The notes under the pieces are model-generated. The model saw nothing but the letters and a program-made list of their open reading frames with translations, was not told the origin of the DNA and searched no databases. The translations under genes were made by a program, and so were the position numbers. A stretch of 27,746 nucleotides of DNA, from assembly GCA_045614245.1 (NCBI GenBank), contig JAZLCM010000016.1, forward strand, positions 1 through 27,746, given 5' to 3'. Every line of letters begins with the position of its first letter. The first letter of the stretch is position 1. Of this stretch, positions 8,673 to 16,863 are shown in pieces. The DNA comes from Candidatus Enterousia sp. (GTDB lineage: Bacteria; Pseudomonadota; Alphaproteobacteria; Rs-D84).

Positions 8673-9731
8673 ATGAATACTGCGCATAACCTTTATATCC
8701 ATGTTCCTTTTTGTATTTCAAAATGCAATTACTGCGCATTTTTTTCGCGCGCATGTGCACAACCTGATTGGGATTTATACGCCGAAAAAATTATTCATGA
8801 AATAAAACATTGGCATAATGTGCTTGGGCAAATTTCGGTGCCAACAATTTTTTTCGGCGGGGGGACACCGTCACTTTTACCAACAAGTATTTTTGCGAGG
8901 ATAATACAATCTATTCACGAAAATTTCAATTTGTTGCCCGATGCCGAAATTACAATCGAAGCAAACCCAAAAACTTTGGATTCTGTGCGTTTGCGCGAAT
9001 TCTGTGATGCGGGGGTCAATCGGATTTCTATTGGTGTGCAATCTTTTGATGACGAAAAGTTAAAGTTTCTTGGACGCGCACACAATGCCGATGATGCACG
9101 ACGATTGATTGATGATGCAATGTCGCAAATGAAAAATGTTTCGGCGGATTTTATCTATGGTTTGCCGTTTGAAACAACCGAAGATGTGATAAACACCTGT
9201 ATTGAAATAAATAGAATTGGGTTACCACATTGTTCAATGTATGAATTGACGATTGAACCGAATACACCTTTTGGAAAGATGAATTTGCAAATGCCGTCAA
9301 ACGAAACAATGGCGAAAATGTATGCCGCAATTTCAAGAACATTAAAATTAAATCGGTACGAAGTATCAAACTATGCGGTGCCTGGCATGGAATGTCGGCA
9401 TAATGCAAATGTTTGGGATGGTGAACCGTATATTGGAATCGGCGATGGCGCGGCGGGACGAATTTTAATGGACGGCAATTGGTACGAAGAAATGGGAAAT
9501 GGCAAATTATTTAAACCTTTATCCGGTTCTGAACGCGCAGTCGAAAGGGTTATAACCGGCATGCGAACAAGGTGCGGTGTAAAAATTGATAAAACAATCG
9601 AAAAAATAATTGATATAGAATTTGCAAAATCAAATCCAAATATGATACAGTTCAAATCTGATAACCGAATTTCGGCAACCAATGCGGGAATTTTGGTTCT
9701 TGACAGTCTAATCGAAAAACTGGTGAAATGA
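8673..9731 (+). CDS. hemW: Radical SAM heme chaperone HemW (HemN-like)
   Basis: LYIHVPFCISKCNYCAF (HxPFC plus Cx3Cx2C), FFGGGTPS, EITIEANP, GVNRISIGVQSF, YEVSNYA, HNANVW. Start moved from 8622 to ATG 8673. Confidence 0.88.
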   Translation: MNTAHNLYIHVPFCISKCNYCAFFSRACAQPDWDLYAEKIIHEIKHWHNVLGQISVPTIFFGGGTPSLLPTSIFARIIQSIHENFNLLPDAEITIEANPKTLDSVRLREFCDAGVNRISIGVQSFDDEKLKFLGRAHNADDARRLIDDAMSQMKNVSADFIYGLPFETTEDVINTCIEINRIGLPHCSMYELTIEPNTPFGKMNLQMPSNETMAKMYAAISRTLKLNRYEVSNYAVPGMECRHNANVWDGEPYIGIGDGAAGRILMDGNWYEEMGNGKLFKPLSGSERAVERVITGMRTRCGVKIDKTIEKIIDIEFAKSNPNMIQFKSDNRISATNAGILVLDSLIEKLVK

Positions 9732-9732
9732 A

Positions 9733-11721
9733 ATGCGACATACTTTATTAAATATATTTGGAATCGTTGCCGTTGTATTTGCGGTGATATTTGCAATACA
9801 AATCAAAGGGGGTAAAAAAATGGGTATCGGTATAAATATAGATAATTTAGATTTTTCGTTAAATCCGGCAAATGATTTTTTTGATTTTGCTACATCGCGC
9901 TGGCGTGCGGCAAATCCGATTCCTGATGATTACGTTCGCTATGGCGCATTTGAAGTCTTACAAGAAACCAATCTGAATCGTGTGCGCGAAATTGCCGAAA
10001 ATGATAACGGAAAAATTGGTATGCTTTATAAAATTGCAATGAATTCTAACCGGTTGAACGCCGATAAAACCGCACCGGTCAAAAAATACTTTAATGAAAT
10101 TGATGATATAAAATCAAAGTCCGATTTACCCGAATACCTTGGTAAAAGGCATGCGTATTTTTCAACATTTTGGGGTGACGCGGTCGCCATTGACGAAGGC
10201 GACAGCGAACATTTTATTTATAGTTTACACCAATCGGGGATTGGTTTGCCACGCGATTACTATTTTGACGACGACGCACGCACGCGCGAAATCCGCAAAA
10301 AGTATATCGATTTTATTGCAAAGCAATTGAAAAACTTTGGTATCAATGCGGACGCGAAAAAAATCTATGCATTGGAAGAACGCATGGCAAAGTCTTTCTT
10401 TACCAAAGAAAAACTGCGCGACCCACACGCAAACTATCATAAAATTTCCCGTGCAGATTTCGTTCGCGAATATGATGGGTTCGATTGGAAAACATATTTT
10501 GATTTTCGTGGTGCAAATGCCGCAGAATTTATTGATGTCGGGCAACCGGACGCCATCAAAGAATCAATAAAAATCATAAACGATACCGACATCGATTTAA
10601 TCAAAGCATATTTAAAATATCATGTTATTTTGGCGGCTGATTCGCTTTTGGATGATGACACATATGCGATATCTTTTGACTTCTTTAATCGCGAAATGTC
10701 GGGACAACGCGAACAAAAACCTCGTTGGAAGCGCGCAATCGGAATGCTTGATGGTGCAATCGGTGAAGAAATCGGTCGGCTTTATGTTGCGAAATATTTT
10801 CCGGCGGCGGCGAAACTGCGCATGCAAGAATTGGTTGAAAATCTGCGTCGGGCATATGCCGCCCGCATTCAAAAACTTGATTGGATGTCGGATGCGACGC
10901 GCGAAAATGCGTTGCGTAAATTAAATTCTTTTCATGCAAAGATTGGATATCCGGACAAATGGCGCGATTATTCAAAACTTACATTGGACGAAAATGAAAG
11001 TCTGTTTGAAAATATGATGCGGGTTGCAAAATTCGAGGATGATTTTTGGATGGCGAAAATCGGTAAAGAAAAAGATCCGACCATTTGGTACATGAATGCG
11101 CATACAATCAACGCATACTATGACCCGACCACGAACGAGATTTGTTTTCCCGCGGGAATTTTGCAACCCCCGTTCTTTGATATGAATGCGGATGATGCAT
11201 TTAACTATGGCGCGATTGGTGCGATAATTGGGCACGAAATGACACATGGATTTGATGATTCCGGTCGCCACTTTGATGAAAACGGAAATATGCGCGATTG
11301 GTGGACAGACGCGGATTCAAACGCATTTACCGAACGCGCAAATGTTATGCGAAAATATTTTGATAACATCTTGGTTGCGCCCGACACACATGCAAATGGT
11401 GAATTTACACTTGGTGAAAATTTGGCGGACTATGGCGGTGTGACAATTGCATATACAGCATACAAGAATTTTGGCAAACCGTCCGAAACCGTTGAAAACC
11501 TGACTCCGGATATGCGATTCTTTATCGCGTACGCGGGTGCATGGGCGGGCAACATACGTGATGAACAGGTTTTGGTACAAACAAAAACGAACGAGCATTC
11601 ATTGAATCGTTGGCGCGTGAACGGAATTTTGCCGCACATTGATGCATGGTACGAAGTGTTCGATGTTAAACCGGCAAACAAAATGTATCTTAGCCCTGAA
11701 AAACGCACGCGCTTGTGGTAA
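9733..11721 (+). CDS. M13 family zinc metalloendopeptidase (PepO/neprilysin-like)
   Basis: DDFF-like ANDFFDF, INAYYDP, PAGILQPPFF, NYGAIGAIIGHEMTHGFDD (HExxH), GENLADYGG, RVNG. Alternative in-frame start at 9820. Confidence 0.95.
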   Translation: MRHTLLNIFGIVAVVFAVIFAIQIKGGKKMGIGINIDNLDFSLNPANDFFDFATSRWRAANPIPDDYVRYGAFEVLQETNLNRVREIAENDNGKIGMLYKIAMNSNRLNADKTAPVKKYFNEIDDIKSKSDLPEYLGKRHAYFSTFWGDAVAIDEGDSEHFIYSLHQSGIGLPRDYYFDDDARTREIRKKYIDFIAKQLKNFGINADAKKIYALEERMAKSFFTKEKLRDPHANYHKISRADFVREYDGFDWKTYFDFRGANAAEFIDVGQPDAIKESIKIINDTDIDLIKAYLKYHVILAADSLLDDDTYAISFDFFNREMSGQREQKPRWKRAIGMLDGAIGEEIGRLYVAKYFPAAAKLRMQELVENLRRAYAARIQKLDWMSDATRENALRKLNSFHAKIGYPDKWRDYSKLTLDENESLFENMMRVAKFEDDFWMAKIGKEKDPTIWYMNAHTINAYYDPTTNEICFPAGILQPPFFDMNADDAFNYGAIGAIIGHEMTHGFDDSGRHFDENGNMRDWWTDADSNAFTERANVMRKYFDNILVAPDTHANGEFTLGENLADYGGVTIAYTAYKNFGKPSETVENLTPDMRFFIAYAGAWAGNIRDEQVLVQTKTNEHSLNRWRVNGILPHIDAWYEVFDVKPANKMYLSPEKRTRLW

Positions 11722-11726
11722 AATTT

Positions 11727-12056
11727 TTAGTGATGCAAAAACAAATGTGTGACAATTCCCGCAACTGTAAGAATTGTTATACAGGTTAAAATTATCATCT
11801 GTACGCGGTGATGGTGCGTTTCGTCGCAGTGTTTGCAATCGCAGTTACGATTGTTGAAATATGTAATCCAAGACAGCAAAAGCATCAAAACCGAAAAAAC
11901 AAACAGCCACTTTTCCGCACTTTCCGGGATAAATTCGTGGTCGGCAACACCGGGTGCAACAAGACCGACCAAGCCCAACACCACCGGCAGCACACAGCAA
12001 AACAGGTGTGGCAAAATTCCCGCAATTATTCCATATTTCAACGCACGATTTTTCAT
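11727..12056 (-). CDS. MerT-like three-helix heavy-metal transport membrane protein
   Basis: Three hydrophobic segments; Cys-Cys in TM1 (LFCCVLP); CDCKHC-HHH in the TM2-TM3 loop, the same Cys layout as MerT; GGATGA Shine-Dalgarno. Confidence 0.65.
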   Translation of the reverse strand: MKNRALKYGIIAGILPHLFCCVLPVVLGLVGLVAPGVADHEFIPESAEKWLFVFSVLMLLLSWITYFNNRNCDCKHCDETHHHRVQMIILTCITILTVAGIVTHLFLHH

Positions 12057-12072
12057 GTATCATCCATTATCT

Positions 12073-12148
12073 TGGTATCCCCAGCCGGAATCGAACCGAC
12101 ATCTAATTCTTAGGAGGAACTTGTTCTATCCAATTGAACTATGGGGAC
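12073..12148 (-). tRNA. tRNA-Arg(CCT), 76 nt, CCA encoded
   Basis: Folded by hand: acceptor GTCCCCA/TGGGGAT, D arm GTTC/GAAC, anticodon arm AGTTC-CTCCTAA-GAATT, T arm GTCGG-TTCGATT-CCGGC, 3' ACCA. Confidence 0.97.
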
Positions 12149-12157
12149 ACAGATTGT

Positions 12158-12207
12158 ATTTTAATCTTTGATTTTGATATTGCAAGTTATATTAAAACCT
12201 GTATAAT
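12158..12207. promoter_or_regulatory. Back-to-back divergent promoters (tRNA-Arg and fabH) sharing a palindromic -35
   Basis: TTGCAA at 12180-12185 is self-complementary; plus-strand TATAAT at 12202-12207 and minus-strand TAAAAT at 12163-12158 each lie 16 nt from it. Confidence 0.6.
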
Positions 12208-12235
12208 ACCCAGGCACCGTAATTGGAAGTTTTAA

Positions 12236-13174
12236 ATGGGGAACAAACTTATCGGATATGGATCTTATTTACCGTCGCGCGTCATGACGAACGCAGACTT
12301 TGAACGCGTAATGGATACGACGGACGCGTGGATTGTTGAACGCACCGGGATTCGTGCGCGGCACTTTGCGGCGGAAAATGAAACTGTCGTTGACATGGCA
12401 ACAAATGCGGCGCGCGCGGCGTTGGAAAATGCAAAGATTGGAATTGATGATATCGATATGATAATCGTCGCGACAACAACACCGGAATTGGATTTCCCGT
12501 CTGTTGCGGTGACGGTTGCGGGTCGATTGGGCGCAACGAACAATATGCCGGCTTTTGATGTTCGTGGTGCATGTACGGGGTACATATATGCCCTGCACTG
12601 CGCACGCGGATTTTTCACCGCCGGCATGCATGAAAGAATTATGATAATCGGTGCGGAAAAGATGTCGCGCTTTGTTGACATGAATGACCGTTCTACGGCG
12701 GTTCTGTTCGGCGACGGTGCGGGCGCATTGATATTCGAACGGTCAACTTCAAGTTATTCTGGGATTATCGATACGGTTGTTATGTCGGACGGTAAAAAGT
12801 TCAACATGTTGCATGGGTCGCCCGACCACCGGATTATTATGAACGGACCGGAAACATATAAAATGGCGGTGTCATTAATGCCGGATGCGGCGCGGTATAT
12901 TATGGATCACGCGGGAATTACCCAAGATGACATCGATTGGATTGTTCCGCACCAGGCGAACATAAGGATTATTGAATCCTGTGCGGCGCGGTTGGGTTTC
13001 CCGATTGAAAAGATTTTGATAACGGTGGACAAACACGCGAACACCAGTGGCGCATCTGGCGCGCTGGCGTTGGCATATGCGTTTGACAACGGCATCATAA
13101 AACATGGACAACTTGTCCTTTACCCCGCGTTTGGCAGTGGCCTTACCTGGGGCGCAACATTAATAAGGGTATAA
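12236..13174 (+). CDS. fabH: 3-oxoacyl-ACP synthase III
   Basis: WIVERTGIRARH, GACTGYIY (catalytic Cys), TAVLFGDGAGA, PHQANIRII (His), ANTSGAS (Asn), FGSGLTWG. Confidence 0.96.
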   Translation: MGNKLIGYGSYLPSRVMTNADFERVMDTTDAWIVERTGIRARHFAAENETVVDMATNAARAALENAKIGIDDIDMIIVATTTPELDFPSVAVTVAGRLGATNNMPAFDVRGACTGYIYALHCARGFFTAGMHERIMIIGAEKMSRFVDMNDRSTAVLFGDGAGALIFERSTSSYSGIIDTVVMSDGKKFNMLHGSPDHRIIMNGPETYKMAVSLMPDAARYIMDHAGITQDDIDWIVPHQANIRIIESCAARLGFPIEKILITVDKHANTSGASGALALAYAFDNGIIKHGQLVLYPAFGSGLTWGATLIRV

Positions 13175-13191
13175 CATAGGGGGCATAAAAA

Positions 13192-13482
13192 ATGGCAACG
13201 ATGACAAGAAATGATTTAGCAATGAAATTGCGCGATAAATTTGGATTTACCGCGGCACAGTCGGGAAAACTGGTCGATTTGATATTCGATGAAATATGTG
13301 AATCGCTGGTTAACGGTGAAGAGGTTAAATTCGCCGGGTTCGGCACATTCAAGATATTGGATAAATCTGCGCGTGTTGGTCGCAACCCAAAGACCGGCGA
13401 AATGGCAATTATAACGGCGCGTCGTGTTGTGACATTCCACCCCAGCAATGAATTCCGCGACCGCGTATCAAACGGAAAGTGA
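13192..13482 (+). CDS. ihfA: Integration host factor subunit alpha (HU/IHF family)
   Basis: VKFAGFGTF, GRNPKTGE, RRVVTFHPS; lies after fabH as ihfA does in alphaproteobacteria; GGGGG Shine-Dalgarno. Confidence 0.85.
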   Translation: MATMTRNDLAMKLRDKFGFTAAQSGKLVDLIFDEICESLVNGEEVKFAGFGTFKILDKSARVGRNPKTGEMAIITARRVVTFHPSNEFRDRVSNGK

Positions 13483-13584
13483 TGACAATTTTTTGTCATG
13501 GCTGTCCTGAAACAAGTTCAGGATGACAATAAACAAGTTTAGAATGACAAAACAACCCTATTCCGGGTCAAGCCCGGAATGACA
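13482..13584. repeat. Cluster of REP-like palindromic elements tagged with ATGACA (TGTCAT on the minus strand)
   Basis: ATGACAA-TTTT-TTGTCAT (13482-13499); TCCTGAA-ACAAG-TTCAGGA-TGACA (13505-13528); half copy AAACAAGTTTAGAATGACA (13531-13549); ATTCCGGG-TCAAG-CCCGGAAT-GACA (13560-13584). Confidence 0.8.
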
Positions 13585-13603
13585 AAGAGAAAATACTACA
13601 AAC

Positions 13604-13630
13604 AAAACGGGCGCAACCGCGCCCGTTTTT
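13604..13630. terminator. Bidirectional intrinsic terminator
   Basis: Perfect 11 bp inverted repeat AAAACGGGCGC-AACC-GCGCCCGTTTT between convergent ihfA and the giant-protein operon. Confidence 0.9.
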
Positions 13631-13637
13631 ATTGCGC

Positions 13638-13945
13638 CTACCGCACCAAGTTTGCACATCTATAATTTTGGATATTCGTTGACAAATAACCTACGATACA
13701 AGATTCGTCACCCGATATTCTTGAATGCATAACAATGTTGCTTGTTGCTGTAATAGGACCGATTGGTGTATGCACTCATGCACCATTTTCGTACACAAAA
13801 CATAATCGTAAGCAACTAAAGTTTTATCACTGGAGCATGATAATTTATATGCACAAGAAATTTGTCCAGATACAAGTGGAAATTTAGCAACGGTAACACC
13901 GTTTAATCCACTAATATCCGGACAAAAGAAACCTTCATTTGTTAC
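13638..13945 (-). pseudogene. Degraded C-terminal repeat of the upstream Cys-rich protein (two frameshifts plus a TGA)
   Basis: The +1 frame gives EGFFCPD...SCAYKLSC, matching the gene's FxCP...CxYxxxC repeats. The original frame resumes VYENGA*VHTP...SCIVGYLSTNIQNYRC and ends at TAG 13638-13640, next to the terminator. Confidence 0.7.
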
Positions 13946-16832
13946 CCTGCCCTGTGCCACTATTAGGAGTGCACACATATTTACCAAATTCTGTTGTCAA
14001 ATAGTACAGACTTTGGTAAGCACCGTATCCATCCGTGCAATTACTTGCTATACATCTAACTTTGCCTACATTACCAGACACAGGATCATTATTATACGAT
14101 AACGTTCCTGGAGAATAATCACCATTACAATAAATGTTATATTCACACAAAAGTCCCGTTTGTGTTGGTAACGCAGGCGATACACTCGGATCTGCACCGT
14201 TAAAATTCGGGCATGTAAAACAACCCAATGAAGCAAACCTGGTGTTTAACTTTCCTTTAACACAGGCCATATTATCACTGCCATCACCATTACAACTAAT
14301 GTCCATAGTATTATTAATATAACTTGTTAAATCTGCGTCAGATGGTATAGAACTAAATCTATATGGATAGGTTCCATTTGGATCGTATACCGCCCCATTG
14401 TTGCAAGCAACAGTATACTTACACTTTTTAGCGGGATAATCGGAATCGTCGACTTTTTCGCGACTCACAATTTGCATACCTGATGGTAAAGTCAAATCAG
14501 ATGGACACACAAAAGCATAATTTGCGCAGTACTGTGTAGCATTGTTACCACATTTACCTGGCTCGCTCTCGCATGATTCAATACATAACTCATAGTTAGA
14601 TCTACAATATCTGTGCCCTGTGGTTTCATTACGTACCAAAGTATATCCCTCATTGCATTGCAAACGTTTGCAATCCCCCCACAAAGTTCCTGTATTGTTA
14701 TTGTCATATTGTATGGTTTGATCACCTATAACGTCCACACACGTACCATTTGTCGCTTCACATAAATCACAAACAAAACCTTTAACATTGGCTACGACTT
14801 CTATGCCAAAACTACTCTGACCACATGCTAAGCTATGATTTGGGCTGAAGTATTTATTATTAAGCCGTAAATATCTCAGTTGATATCCATTTGTATGACT
14901 ATTGAAATTATCCGTACTTAGAAAATGATAAGTAGAACCATATGTACAACTATCGCCAAAATTATACGAAAACTCAACGACATCAGCATATTGATTAACA
15001 AATGAATAGTTAATATCTACACTGGTACCTGTACCAGAGGTGCAAACCGGCTGATATGATTGATACGTGTCTGTTGTTACACTGTTACTTCCACTGCAAG
15101 ACGTCGTATACTGCACATCACCACGTCCATATGACGTACCACTCTGTCCATTAATGAGTAACGAACAACTTGCACCTTCCCCTGGCGCACAATTCTTTGC
15201 CCATGCACCATAAAGTGTAATGTCATATTCAGTCATCGGGTCTGAATTCGGAACGCATACGCTATAAATCGTAGAATAAGGAGAGCCTATGACCATTTCC
15301 CTATTATTTGGGTTTCCAACCCCAAAACCATTTACAGGTGCACCGGCATTCGTATTTTTCGTAGCAAACCATTTTATATCACTATCATCCAAATAATATC
15401 CACGGAAAGTCCAACCAATCGCCTTTGGTTGCGGAATCCCCCATATCAAATCATTTGTCTGTGCAGGTGTATAATTACCATTTGGCACACACACCTGCTG
15501 ATTTTCTTGGCTGCCATCGTCATTGGTAACAACTTGGGTTATATAGGTACATCCAAGTGATTCGTTCAAACATATACTCATGCCATTAGTGCCCTCATAT
15601 TGCTTGTCACAAGGACATTGATAATAATAGTAATGAACAGTTGTTTGTTGTCCATCTACGTATTCTAATCTATTAAAAGAACGATCTTCACATCCAGAGC
15701 ATCTTGTGCAATCAGTTGTTGAAGGCAAATAATACATTACCTCTGGTGGTATTGCACCTTCGCTAGTAAACCAGCAACCATGTTCACGACAATATAACAC
15801 GTGATGTGTTGTTGTGTTTGGTCCACCAGAATGTAACCATTCTGGGGTAACACTGATGTTACCGTTACTATTTGTAGAAAAACTTACATTGCTTGGTGCA
15901 GTATACGTACCCATATATGGTTCATGATAAGTTTGCGAATACCTTGAATACCACAAATTGTTATGATAATAATGCGTACCGTCTATATAATCTGCATTAG
16001 CGGAATTTGAATCATAGTACATATAGTAATACATTTTATTTACAAAATCACTTGTAAGATTGAAACCTTGTATCTCCGCAGTGCCACTAGGATTATAATC
16101 ATATAATTTGATTGTTCCTGTTTTTATACATTTCTGCTCTTCCGCATTAACATAATCTGGATTAATTGTTGTACCATTTTTATCTACATAAACCGTGTTT
16201 TCATCAACGCATGTTCCTTTGGAATTCATGGTAGCGCGTGCATCGTTATCGCAAGTATATTTTGCAATATATTTTTGGGTTGTTGCGGTTCCCACGGTTA
16301 CGATTGGACTTGCCGTAGAATCGCTTGCACCTTCGGCATAAAATCCGACCAACTTTGCATTATCAGAACGCGTGACACCCGCCGACAATATCAAATCCCC
16401 GGGGTGCATTGCCATGGTGGATTGTGTGAAACTAACCGGCAACGATCCGCCCTTCATATCCAATGTTACGGTTACTAATTGTTCTGATGCCGGAATGACC
16501 GAACCGGTTAGTGGTGTTCCGCCTGAGGTGGCGCCTATAAGTGCGTTACGGATCTGTTCATCTGCATAAGCGGTTGTATTTGGTGTTCCATCGGCATTAA
16601 ATAATTTTATGGTGCGACTGCCAACGGTAACATTTAGACCCTGTGCCCCACTGGGCAAAGTGATACTATTTACTTTATTGGTCTGCGTACAACATTGACC
16701 GGTCCCAGGTTGACTGCGACACAGGCTAAGCCCCGCACATGTATCCGGAACAACATTCAACCAGTACGTGGTCGCGGTGGCGGCACCAGTTACAAAACAT
16801 CCACAAATCGAATAAATACAATACTTTTTCAT
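13935..16832 (-). CDS. Large secreted Cys/Tyr-rich repeat protein with InlB B-repeat-like segments, unknown function
   Basis: Long ORF (track gives start 16841; ATG 16832 has AGGATGA upstream); signal peptide MKKYCIYSICGCFVTGAATA; PQPKAIGWTFRGYY...ITLYGAW resembles the Listeria-Bacteroides repeat; C-terminal ~97 aa repeats. Confidence 0.85.
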   Translation of the reverse strand: MKKYCIYSICGCFVTGAATATTYWLNVVPDTCAGLSLCRSQPGTGQCCTQTNKVNSITLPSGAQGLNVTVGSRTIKLFNADGTPNTTAYADEQIRNALIGATSGGTPLTGSVIPASEQLVTVTLDMKGGSLPVSFTQSTMAMHPGDLILSAGVTRSDNAKLVGFYAEGASDSTASPIVTVGTATTQKYIAKYTCDNDARATMNSKGTCVDENTVYVDKNGTTINPDYVNAEEQKCIKTGTIKLYDYNPSGTAEIQGFNLTSDFVNKMYYYMYYDSNSANADYIDGTHYYHNNLWYSRYSQTYHEPYMGTYTAPSNVSFSTNSNGNISVTPEWLHSGGPNTTTHHVLYCREHGCWFTSEGAIPPEVMYYLPSTTDCTRCSGCEDRSFNRLEYVDGQQTTVHYYYYQCPCDKQYEGTNGMSICLNESLGCTYITQVVTNDDGSQENQQVCVPNGNYTPAQTNDLIWGIPQPKAIGWTFRGYYLDDSDIKWFATKNTNAGAPVNGFGVGNPNNREMVIGSPYSTIYSVCVPNSDPMTEYDITLYGAWAKNCAPGEGASCSLLINGQSGTSYGRGDVQYTTSCSGSNSVTTDTYQSYQPVCTSGTGTSVDINYSFVNQYADVVEFSYNFGDSCTYGSTYHFLSTDNFNSHTNGYQLRYLRLNNKYFSPNHSLACGQSSFGIEVVANVKGFVCDLCEATNGTCVDVIGDQTIQYDNNNTGTLWGDCKRLQCNEGYTLVRNETTGHRYCRSNYELCIESCESEPGKCGNNATQYCANYAFVCPSDLTLPSGMQIVSREKVDDSDYPAKKCKYTVACNNGAVYDPNGTYPYRFSSIPSDADLTSYINNTMDISCNGDGSDNMACVKGKLNTRFASLGCFTCPNFNGADPSVSPALPTQTGLLCEYNIYCNGDYSPGTLSYNNDPVSGNVGKVRCIASNCTDGYGAYQSLYYLTTEFGKYVCTPNSGTGQGNK

Positions 16833-16863
16833 TTTTATCATCCTGTTGTTTTAAAATTCGACA

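Noticed and set aside
12073-12100. Integrative element at the tRNA-Arg 3' end
   Set aside because: I found no duplicated tRNA 3' end and no integrase in the window.
13482-13630. CRISPR array
   Set aside because: No constant-length identical repeats or unique spacers, no cas genes; the pattern fits REP elements plus a terminator.
13776-13937. TGA recoding (Trp/Gly/Sec) to extend the ~965 aa protein
   Set aside because: The original frame has several TAA/TAG stops between the two TGAs, so frameshifts are needed anyway; TGA is a normal stop for hemW, ihfA and others.
13691-13987. 98 aa ORF as an independent gene
   Set aside because: No RBS, overlaps the upstream gene, and only its middle resembles protein; better explained as a frameshifted tail.
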